NCBI GenBank assembly: GCA_041753155.1
Contig: JBGSVA010000096.1
Span: 2,036 to 66,035, forward strand
DNA from: Thermodesulfobacteriota bacterium
Lineage (GTDB): Bacteria; Desulfobacterota_D; UBA1144; Nemesobacterales; UBA2774
DNA length: 64,000 bases
Direction: 5' to 3'
Of this stretch, positions 56,339 to 64,000 are shown piece by piece. Both the position numbers and the translations under genes were made by a program. How positions within the stretch are numbered: position 1 is the stretch's first letter; each line of letters opens with the position of its first letter. The notes beneath the pieces are model-generated. The model saw only the letters and a program-made list of their open reading frames with translations, searched no databases and was not told where the DNA came from.

Positions 56339-57439
56339 ATGCATTTAAAAAGGTTTCACCGGAAACTCGCGCCTTATCTCCGCTACCTCCTGCTTCTGCT
56401 GGGAATGGCCTCCCTTGTATCCGCAATGTGGGGAGGGCTCGTGAGATTGGGTTTCAACATGCCCCTCCCCGAGCCCCGGCTCGCAGCGTTTCACGGTCCG
56501 CTGATGATATCGGGTTTCCTGGGAACTCTCATTAGTCTGGAAAGGGCGGTTGGTACGGGATACAGATGGGCGTATCTCGCACCTGCTTCGACTGGGATCG
56601 GCGGTGTGATACTGATAGCGGGTCTTCCTGCAGGCGCATTACTGATGAGCCTCGGCAGCCTAGTGCTGCTTATCATCTTCATTGCCATCATCCGCCTCCA
56701 GTCGTCCCTGTTCACGATTGCCATGGGGACGGGCGCTCTCCTCTGGCTTATCGGTAATTACCTCTGGCTTGCCGGTTTCCCCGTATGGGAAATAGTATTC
56801 TGGTGGGCTGGGTTCGTAGCATTGACGATAGCGGGGGAGCGCCTTGAGATCACGCGTATAATCAGGTTCACAAAAGGGGTTAAAGCCGCATTTATCGGAG
56901 CTGTCGGGATTTACGTGTTTGGACTCCTGGTAAGCATTTCCCATCCGGTAGCCGGAGTACGTTTACTCGGTTTGGGGATGATGGCCGTTATGCTCTGGCT
57001 GATGCGTTATGACATAGCGTGGCGCACCTTGCGGTCTCAAGGACTCCCTCGCTTCATGGCCGTCTCACTGCTTTCGGGTTACGTGTGGCTCGGTATAGCC
57101 GGAGCTATAGCGGTAACTACCGGCGGCGCGTCCTCAGGGCCGATTTATGACGCGATATTGCATGCTCTTTTTCTGGGGTTCGTCTTTTCGATGATATTCG
57201 CACATGCTCCCGTGATTTTTTCAGCCGTTCTGAATCTGCCTGTAACTTATAAACCGGGATTCTACGTTCACCTCACTCTTCTCCATGTGACCCTTATTTT
57301 ACGCATATCGGGTGATCTGAGCGGATGGACGGGCGGACGCGAAGCGGGCGGTCTTCTTAATGTTTTTGTGATACTTCTCTTTCTTGCCAATACGGGCTCT
57401 TCGATTTACAGCTCAATCGGAAAAACGAAAAAGATATGA
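56339..57439 (+). CDS. polytopic integral membrane protein (about 10-12 TM; family not recognised, NnrS-like at best)
   Basis: Long hydrophobic ORF with conserved-looking His residues (FHGPLMISGFLGTLISLER, FAHAPVIF). Confidence 0.4.
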   Translation: MHLKRFHRKLAPYLRYLLLLLGMASLVSAMWGGLVRLGFNMPLPEPRLAAFHGPLMISGFLGTLISLERAVGTGYRWAYLAPASTGIGGVILIAGLPAGALLMSLGSLVLLIIFIAIIRLQSSLFTIAMGTGALLWLIGNYLWLAGFPVWEIVFWWAGFVALTIAGERLEITRIIRFTKGVKAAFIGAVGIYVFGLLVSISHPVAGVRLLGLGMMAVMLWLMRYDIAWRTLRSQGLPRFMAVSLLSGYVWLGIAGAIAVTTGGASSGPIYDAILHALFLGFVFSMIFAHAPVIFSAVLNLPVTYKPGFYVHLTLLHVTLILRISGDLSGWTGGREAGGLLNVFVILLFLANTGSSIYSSIGKTKKI

Positions 57440-57465
57440 TAGACACGCGGCTTCTGCCGCTCGTG

Positions 57466-57687
57466 TCATTTACTTTTCCCGAATGCGGACTGTAAGAGCC
57501 TCCTCAATAGTAAAATCAAGACTCCGGGCCTGAAGAGTATGGAGAGAAAGAATTTGAAATCCCCGGGCCCCAGATAAATCTTTACCTCCCATAACCCTAC
57601 GCCTGCATTGACGACGACGCTTCCGCCTTCGATGGAAGTTTCTCCGATGACGACGTCAAGCTCGCCTGCGGGACTTGTTACCTTCAT
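57466..57687 (-). CDS. small hypothetical protein (73 aa), doubtful
   Basis: ORF overlapping the 3' end of hemY by 32 nt. No motif. Confidence 0.25.
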   Translation of the reverse strand: MKVTSPAGELDVVIGETSIEGGSVVVNAGVGLWEVKIYLGPGDFKFFLSILFRPGVLILLLRRLLQSAFGKSK

Positions 57688-59112
57688 CCCTCGCCCCCCT
57701 CTTCACGATGTATGAGAATATCTCCTGAGCCGCCTCCTCGCCCGAGCGCACGCAATCGGGTATACCGACCCCGCCGTACGCGTTTCCGGCGAGCCTCAAT
57801 CCGGGATATGCGGACGCCGTCTCCCTTATACGTGCGACAAGCGCGCCGTGTCCGACCGCATAATGGGGCATCGATTCCGGGTTCCGGCTCACCAGGCTGT
57901 ATATCGGCTCCGATCTGATGCCTAAAATGGGCGAAAGCGCCCCGTGCGCAAGTTTTATGAGCCGCCCGTCGTCCTCGCTGCAAATATCAGGGTTCTGCGC
58001 GCCTCCCGAAATCACGCGCAGCAGGACAGCGTCGTCGGGACTCCGGCCTTCGAATTTCACGCTGCTGAACGTACACGCGAGCACAGGCAGCCGTTCCGAC
58101 GAAGGGACTACGAATCCCGAGCCTTCTAACGTATGAGTTACGTCCCGCCTCCGGTAACCGAGGTTTATCACTGCGGTCGATACATATCTAATCCGGGAGA
58201 GGCTCTCCGAGAGCCCAAGCTCGATGCCTCCCGTGATGAGAGAAGCCTGGGGCGCCGGAAGCGCTGCTATCACCGCGTCGCATTCGAGCGGGTTCCCTCC
58301 GTAGAGATGAACCCTGAAGCCCGGGCTTGCGGGCTCGATTCTTCTCACCCTGCTCTTAAGCCTTAAGGAATTCCCGGGAAGCCCGGATACGAGGGCGTCG
58401 ATAAGGGTCCCCATCCCTCGGCCGAAAGCCGCGAATCTGCCTCCCCCATTGCCGTTTTTGGAGCCGTCCCGGCCGGCCGCGTTCTTCCTCATCCCCCGTG
58501 CGACGCTCCCGTATTCCTCCTCCATCTTGACGAGTGCCGGCAGCGCCGCGCGGACGCTCATGGTCTCCGGGTCCCCGGCATATATACCGGCGAGGAGCGG
58601 CTCCGCTATACGCTCGTACGCCTCCCGGCCGAACCTCCGCCTTATAAATGACGCCGCGCTCTCGTCCGCTCCGGAACCCCCTCTCGGGAGGAACGGCTCG
58701 AGCGTCATGCGGAGCTTCCCCCTCATCGAGAGGAGCTGTGAGTTGAAAAGAGCCGCCATACTCGAGGGGGCGGGGAACAGGCCGTCGGGCAGGGGTATGA
58801 GATTCCCGCGGCGGACGATAAAGACTCGTCCCGACTCCCCGCCGACTCCAATCATATCGGGCTCAAGACCCGCCCTTATGGAAAGGCTGAGCGCTTCGGG
58901 CTTCGACCTTAGAAAAGAGTCTGGGCCTTCCTCCGCGAGAAAACCCCCGCAATGTCTCGTCGATATGACCCCGCCCGGCCTCTCCCTGCCTTCGAGCACA
59001 GTCACATCGCGAGCGGCAGCCCCCCCTCGGCGCCTAGTCCTGTGAGCCTGTATGCGGCGCTGAGACCTGTAATCCCCGCGCCGATGACGATTATACGCGG
59101 TATCTTATTCAT
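57656..59112 (-). CDS. hemY: protoporphyrinogen/coproporphyrinogen oxidase HemY (CgoX), reading frame broken in a C7 run
   Basis: The N-terminal piece from the ATG at 59112 reads MNKIPRIIVIGAGITGLSAAYRL... and stops after ...GGLPLAM. The main ORF continues DVTVLEGRERPGGVI...LAGNAYGGVGIPDCVRSG. One extra G/C in the 59019-59025 run restores the frame. Confidence 0.8.
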
Positions 59113-59398
59113 ACCGCCGCCTGCGCTAATTCCCGGATTATGAGTGTGGCTCATTCATTACTCCCTGTAACTCTCCGTTAAAGAAAAGGCAATTAAAGTG
59201 CCAGCGTTTTATCCATTATTTGCGGCGGGACCGTGCTCTCTGGAGTGTAAGGTGTCAGAAAGTCTGACGGAGCGGGCGGATAAGGGAAGCGGGCCCGGTA
59301 CCGGCTTTTCCCGTAGAAAGCGGGCTAAATTGGGCAATATACCGGGGATTCGTGCGATAAACGTCCGATACCTCGCTTAATTCCCTCGATCCGGTCTC

Positions 59399-59414
59399 TG
59401 GCACAGCGGTTGCA
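59399..59414 (+). promoter_or_regulatory. sigma54 promoter upstream of the radical SAM gene
   Basis: TGGCAC-AGCGG-TTGCA, 37 nt before the ATG at 59451. The palindrome GTCAGA-AAG-TCTGAC at 59254-59268 lies about 140 bp upstream. Confidence 0.7.
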
Positions 59415-59450
59415 ATTTATAACGGGTAAGTCTCGGGAGTACGTGATTGT

Positions 59451-60596
59451 ATGGGAACACAAATTCGGCCGGATAAAATTGATTTTTCTCTATCGCCGTT
59501 CATCGTGATCTGGGAGGTGACCCGGTCGTGCGATCTCGCATGCCTTCACTGCAGGGCGGACGCGAGGACGCGGAGAGACCCGCGCGAGCTCACCACGTAC
59601 CAGGGGCGTAACCTCATAGACGATATAGCAGGGTTCGGATCGCCGCTGCTCGTGCTCACTGGCGGCGACCCGCTGAAAAGGGAAGATATATACGAGCTCA
59701 TATCCTACGGCGTGGAGAAGGGGTTACGGACGACCGTATCCCCGAGCGTGACCCCGCTCCTCACGGACGAATCTGTTCTCAAGCTGAAGAAGGCCGGAAT
59801 ATCGAGAATTGCAGTGAGCCTCGACGGCTCGACGCCCCTCGTACACGATTCGTTCAGGGGTGTTAACGGGAGTTACTCGAGGACTATCGAGGTGCTTTCC
59901 CTCTGTGCCCGCGAGGGCATCCCGATACAGGTAAATACGACCGTGACTAAATACAACGTCGGCGACTTCGACAACATCGCGAAGCTCATAGGCGCTTTCA
60001 ACCCGGTTCTCTGGAGCGTGTTCTTCCTCGTACCGACGGGGCGGGGGAGGGCGGCCGATTGTGTGAGCGCAGAGGAACATGAAGAGGTCTTCGCGAAGAT
60101 GTACGAGCTTTCCAAGGCGATGCCGTACGACATCAAGTCTACCGAAGCGCCTCACTACAGAAGATTCGCGGCCCAGGCGAGGGTAAGGGAGTCGAGGGCC
60201 GGCAAATGCCCGCTCGACGCCGCGGCCGAGAGGAAGCTGGACACCATAGGCAGGGCGCCCCGGGGGATAAACGACGGTAAGGGCTTCGTCTTCATCTCGC
60301 ACACGGGCGAGGTCTATCCGAGCGGGTTCTTGCCCTTGTCGGGGGGCAACGTAAAGAACGGGAGCGTTGTCGATATATACAGAAACTCGCCGCTATTCAG
60401 GGAGATAAGGGACTACGACAGGCTCAAGGGGAAGTGCGGCGCGTGCGAGTTCAAGAACATATGCGGCGGATCGAGGGCGAGGGCGTACGCCGTGACCGGA
60501 GATTACATGGAATCCGAGCCCTTCTGCGTTTACGTGCCGAAGGGCTACGAGGGTGAAACGTCCGAGAGGGATAGTACCTGTGAGGCAGAAATTTAA
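59451..60596 (+). CDS. radical SAM/SPASM-domain protein (NirJ/AhbD-like)
   Basis: VIWEVTRSCDLACLHCRA (CxxxCxxC). C-terminal KGKCGACEFKNICGGSRARAY (SPASM Cys cluster). Confidence 0.75.
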   Translation: MGTQIRPDKIDFSLSPFIVIWEVTRSCDLACLHCRADARTRRDPRELTTYQGRNLIDDIAGFGSPLLVLTGGDPLKREDIYELISYGVEKGLRTTVSPSVTPLLTDESVLKLKKAGISRIAVSLDGSTPLVHDSFRGVNGSYSRTIEVLSLCAREGIPIQVNTTVTKYNVGDFDNIAKLIGAFNPVLWSVFFLVPTGRGRAADCVSAEEHEEVFAKMYELSKAMPYDIKSTEAPHYRRFAAQARVRESRAGKCPLDAAAERKLDTIGRAPRGINDGKGFVFISHTGEVYPSGFLPLSGGNVKNGSVVDIYRNSPLFREIRDYDRLKGKCGACEFKNICGGSRARAYAVTGDYMESEPFCVYVPKGYEGETSERDSTCEAEI

Positions 60597-61278
60597 CAGC
60601 TGCAGCACCTGCAGCCTGAGGGCGGGCACCATATTGTCGGGGCTCGATAATTCAGGTGTCCTGGAGTTCGAGGGCATGCTGCAGAGGTTTGTTTATCCGA
60701 AAGGCGTCGTTTTATTCCTGAAGGGAGAAGAGCCGCGTGGAATTTATTGTATCTGCTCGGGCCGCGTCAAGCTATCCGCTCATTCCCCCGACGGTAAGAG
60801 CCTCGTGGCGGGTTATCCTTCCGCGGGGAGCGTTATCGGGATCAGAGCCGCTCTATCAGGGAAACCCCATGATTTCACCGCGCGCACTGTCGAGGAATCA
60901 CAGCTGAGCTTCATGGATAAAGGGGATTTCCTCGGTTTCCTGAGGAGAAACGGAAACGTGTGTCTCAAGCTTGCGGAGTCTCTGGGCGAAGAGCTCTCCA
61001 GGTTATACGGGGATTTGAGGACCGCAGCCCTTGCGGGGTCCGAGGAGCGTCTTGCCTCGCTCCTCCTCAGGCTTTGCGACGACTTCGGCGAACACACACC
61101 GGAAGGGATAGTAATAAAGCTGGGCGTGAGTCAGGAGGAGATGGCGGAAATGGCCGGTATGTCGAGAAGAACCCTCACGAGAGCGCTTGATAAGCTCAAG
61201 AAAATGGACTTAATTAAGTGCAGGAGGCGCATTACAATAGTCAGAGATAAAACCGCGCTTCAAAATCTCCTTTCCTGA
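60553..61278 (+). CDS. Crp/Fnr-family transcriptional regulator
   Basis: cNMP-binding-like fold (GVVLFLKGEEPRGIYCICSGRVKL) and C-terminal HTH (SQEEMAEMAGMSRRTLTRALDKLKK). The start is uncertain: GTG at 60553 or 60580. Overlaps the radical SAM stop. Confidence 0.8.
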   Translation: MKRPRGIVPVRQKFNSCSTCSLRAGTILSGLDNSGVLEFEGMLQRFVYPKGVVLFLKGEEPRGIYCICSGRVKLSAHSPDGKSLVAGYPSAGSVIGIRAALSGKPHDFTARTVEESQLSFMDKGDFLGFLRRNGNVCLKLAESLGEELSRLYGDLRTAALAGSEERLASLLLRLCDDFGEHTPEGIVIKLGVSQEEMAEMAGMSRRTLTRALDKLKKMDLIKCRRRITIVRDKTALQNLLS

Positions 61279-61531
61279 AAAATTTCCCCACTCGGGTACA
61301 TACACGATTTTTATCAATAAAAGACGATATTACGAATGGGACAAATGTCGCAGCGGAGTAGAGACATTTGTCCTTGACGCATATATCGTCCGCGGACGAT
61401 AATTAATAACGGGCGTAACCGGAGCGGCGAACATGCAAGTCGGAGCTGACGCATCGGGCTCCTCTCGTAGAGGAAATGGATTTGCGCGGGCGCAGGGCGG
61501 GATGGGATAAATACGATGTGCGGAGGAAAAA

Positions 61532-61807
61532 ATGGAAGTGTATAAAGATAGGAGAGAAGGCAGTTACAAATGGCTGCCTGACGTAGACCTCGAAAAGTGC
61601 ACCGGCTGCGGATTGTGCGTCGAAGCGTGCACGCCGAAATCCCTAAAGATCGTGAACGACGATTTTGCGGTCCTCGTACGCGCCGATACGTGCGGCAGCG
61701 AGGGACACTGCGTCGAGTCCTGCCCCGACGATGCTATTCACATGGAATGGATAGAAATGACGGGGGAGCATACCGCGGGCGAGTGGAAAACGGTTATGAG
61801 GCTCTGA
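61532..61807 (+). CDS. small 4Fe-4S dicluster ferredoxin-like protein
   Basis: CTGCGLCVEACTP and CGSEGHCVESCPDDAI. Confidence 0.7.
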   Translation: MEVYKDRREGSYKWLPDVDLEKCTGCGLCVEACTPKSLKIVNDDFAVLVRADTCGSEGHCVESCPDDAIHMEWIEMTGEHTAGEWKTVMRL

Positions 61808-61829
61808 GCGAGGATGCGGCGCGGCACAC

Positions 61830-62150
61830 ACTGTGTGGCGCAGAACCTGCGCTCGTGTTCGACCCGCCCTTCCTCCTAGGTGCTCACCGTATAGTCGTAT
61901 GTCAGCGGCAACTCTTCGCCCCATTCGCACTGAGCAGGAGCCTGTCCTGAGTTTATCGAAGGGCGCTTCCTTGTATTCCCTCTCCCCCGTGTGGGAAACA
62001 ATTCCGAGCAAGCGAGGAATTGGTCGCTCTTACGACGAAGCTAGATATGGTGCTTGGATGCGGCTCGTCGATGCCTGAGCCAAAATATGCAGGGTGAGGG
62101 GGTACTTTACAAAAATCCGTCATTCTGAACTTGTTTCAGAATCTCGTATT
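61830..62150. repeat. block of REP/MITE-like GC-rich filler with short inverted repeats
   Basis: Contains the strings whose translations give SLSKG / FDKLRTGS and the inverted repeat ATTCTGAA-cttgt-TTCAGAAT (62122-62142). Only mutually overlapping ORFs lie here. Confidence 0.4.
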
Positions 62151-62233
62151 TTCATAGAGCACACATGGTTCAGCACAGGTTTATTTCAGGAAAGACAAAG
62201 AAATAAATTATTTATACAACCTGAGGGAACGAG

Positions 62234-62725
62234 ATGGAAGACAGTACTTTACCGCACAAAAGTGAATACGAAGAGCGGATGATGAGAGAGATAGTCGCAG
62301 GGTTCCTCGACGGACACAACACAATGAGCCTCGCGACTTCGAAGTGCGGCTCGGTTTATGCGGCGTCGCTATTTTACGCGAGTGACGGACTCACACTGTA
62401 TTTCCTTTCGGACCCCGGTTCGGCGCACTCGGTCAATATTTCTCTCGACCCCGAAGTAGCGGTAACCATCAGCAAGGACCATTCCGAATGGAAGACAATA
62501 AGCGGGCTGCAGATGAGGGGGAGGGCATACGAGATGCCCGAAGGCGAATCGGAGCCGGCGAGAAAAATATTCGAGAAAAAATACCCATTCCTGGCCGGGC
62601 TCCTCGGGATGCCGGATTTATTCCGGGGAGCTCGCGGTATCACTTTCTATAAAGTCGTCCCTGAGACCGTGAGACTCATAGACAACTCGGTGCACTTTGG
62701 ATACAAGGCCGAGCTGAGTCTCTGA
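62234..62725 (+). CDS. pyridoxamine 5'-phosphate oxidase-like FMN-binding protein
   Basis: Size and pattern: HNTMSLATSKCGSVYAASLFYASDGLTLYFLSDPGSAHSVNI...GLQMRG. Confidence 0.55.
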   Translation: MEDSTLPHKSEYEERMMREIVAGFLDGHNTMSLATSKCGSVYAASLFYASDGLTLYFLSDPGSAHSVNISLDPEVAVTISKDHSEWKTISGLQMRGRAYEMPEGESEPARKIFEKKYPFLAGLLGMPDLFRGARGITFYKVVPETVRLIDNSVHFGYKAELSL

Positions 62726-62769
62726 AGCGGCGGGGCTCAGTGCGTTCTTTCTGGGAAACGAACTCGGCT

Positions 62770-63759
62770 TCATTTGTATCTGAGGACCGGCAATTCCAAA
62801 TCCCGCATCATATCGGCATCGTCCCCCGGCGGGCTCCCCTTCGTGGTGAGGTAGTCCCCGGCGATGAGGGCATTAGCCCCCGCGAAAAGGGCCCAGGGCT
62901 GGTAATCCCCCAGCACCGCCTCTCTCCCCCCGGCGCAAAGGAGGATACTTTCAGGGAGTATGAGTCTGAATATCGATATGTATCTCAATGCCTCGAGCGG
63001 GCGGAGCGCGTGCATTCCGCCGAGCCTCGTGCCGGGCCTGGGGTTAAGGAAATTGAGCGGAACTACCTCGGGCGCTAGATCCCTGAGCTCGTAAGCGAGG
63101 CTGATCCTGTCTTCCGCGCTCTCACCGAGACCCAGTATCCCGCCCGAGCACAGCCTGATCCCGTTTTTCTTTACGAGCCGCGCCGTAGCGAGCCGGTCTT
63201 CGTATGTGTGCGTGGTGCATATCCTGGGGTAGTAGCCCCGGGAGGTCTCGAGGTTGTGGTTGTAGCGGCTCACTCCGGCTTCGTAAAGGAGCGGCGCCTG
63301 ATCTTCGGTAAGTATGCCGAGGGAGCAGCCGACGCTGAGGCCGGTATGCGTTTTGATGAGGCGTACGGATTCGAGCACCTTCTCCAGAGTCCTTTCGCCG
63401 GGCCCTCTCCCGCTTATCACGATGCAGAACTCGGATGCGCCGCCGGCTTCGGCCCTTCTAGCCGACTCCAGGATCTTATGGGGCTCTATCCGTGTGCGCG
63501 GGGGGACAGGGTGTTCGCTGTAAACCGACTGCGCGCAGAAGCTGCAGTCCTCGGGGCAGGCCCCCGTCCTGGCGCTCGTTATACCGCAGAGATAGACCCC
63601 TCTCTCGTGGTATCTCGACGTGACCGAATTTGAAAGCAGCATTATTTCCCGAAGCCTGTCAATTTCGCAAACGGCCAGCTCCATTGCATCATCCGGGGTT
63701 ATGCCCCCTCCGTCTCCGGTCACCTTTTTTCTCACGCGCTCGATTATATTCTCGTCCAT
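62770..63759 (-). CDS. bioB: biotin synthase BioB (radical SAM)
   Basis: GACPEDCSFCAQS...YNHNLETS...CSGGILGLGE. Confidence 0.9.
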   Translation of the reverse strand: MDENIIERVRKKVTGDGGGITPDDAMELAVCEIDRLREIMLLSNSVTSRYHERGVYLCGITSARTGACPEDCSFCAQSVYSEHPVPPRTRIEPHKILESARRAEAGGASEFCIVISGRGPGERTLEKVLESVRLIKTHTGLSVGCSLGILTEDQAPLLYEAGVSRYNHNLETSRGYYPRICTTHTYEDRLATARLVKKNGIRLCSGGILGLGESAEDRISLAYELRDLAPEVVPLNFLNPRPGTRLGGMHALRPLEALRYISIFRLILPESILLCAGGREAVLGDYQPWALFAGANALIAGDYLTTKGSPPGDDADMMRDLELPVLRYK

Positions 63760-64000
63760 ATTGATGCCTCCCGTCGGTTCTCATTCGAACTGCCGCACTA
63801 TCGAGTTTTAACGCGATCTCCTCAAGACGACGCTTCCTGCGAAATAGCCCGCCCCGAAGGCGACATTACCCCCGTGTCACCTCTTTCGAGATCGTCTTTA
63901 TGGTTGTGGAAAGCGATTGCCGCTCAGGTCTGAACCGTTATTACATATTTCGCGCCTGATACGAACTCAGTATGGAAAGATAATATACTTATCTCTCATC

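Noticed and set aside
61597-62282. ORFs of 62-122 aa on both strands downstream of the ferredoxin gene.
   Set aside because: They overlap each other and are built from REP-like filler (SLSKG / FDKLRT-type strings and an ATTCTGAA/TTCAGAAT hairpin). No RBS or family motif is present.

Overview
The window splits at about 29.6-30.1 kb.

LEFT PART (1-29650): a visibly AT-richer, mosaic accessory region built around a single tRNA-Arg(TCT) gene at 24748-24824. Three copies of the tRNA delimit at least three modules: a copy of tRNA nt 1-42 at 11639-11680, the intact gene, and a copy of nt 29-75 at 29604-29650.
- Module A is satellite-like. It has three tandem AlpA/Xis-type HTH genes, a PrimPol/Zn-finger/helicase gene, iterons and a tyrosine integrase. 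It is preceded by a gene of more than 1760 codons for a DUF4011/SF1 helicase-nuclease that runs off the left edge.
- Module B is a 13-kb integrative element. It carries its own AEP-type Rep, a VRR-NUC-like nuclease, a 1498-aa tape-measure-like protein, a Spo11/Top6A-like 'mini-A' protein, an RHH repressor and a second integrase. I cannot recognise a capsid, portal or terminase.
- Module C is a decayed island. It holds IS3 debris, truncated Xis-like genes, a double-domain SagB-like nitroreductase and a beta-carbonic anhydrase.

RIGHT PART (30.1-64 kb): GC-rich, core-like DNA.
- It starts with a nitrate-assimilation plus molybdenum-cofactor supercluster: fprA, a NirB-SiR/NiR-ferredoxin triple fusion, NasA fused to a degenerate NirB-like module, moaA, a MOT1-family molybdate transporter, moaD-moaE fusion, NirA-Rieske fusion, narK, a porin, mobA, moaC-moaB fusion and moeA.
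- This cluster appears to be run from textbook sigma54 (-24/-12) promoters. Two near-identical 30-bp palindromic upstream sites lie about 100 bp ahead of two of them, and a divergent GAF-type (NifA-like) enhancer-binding protein is encoded nearby.
- Next come an ACT-domain gene, a 2-kb MarR/methyltransferase cassette bracketed by 213-bp direct repeats, and an AT-rich orphan with an RNxxxH (HEPN-like) motif.
- After that: membrane proteins, hemY with a homopolymer frameshift, a radical SAM/SPASM gene, a Crp/Fnr regulator, a ferredoxin, a PNPOx-like gene and bioB.

No CRISPR array, rRNA or reverse transcriptase was seen. All functional calls come from motif recognition by eye; no searches were run.
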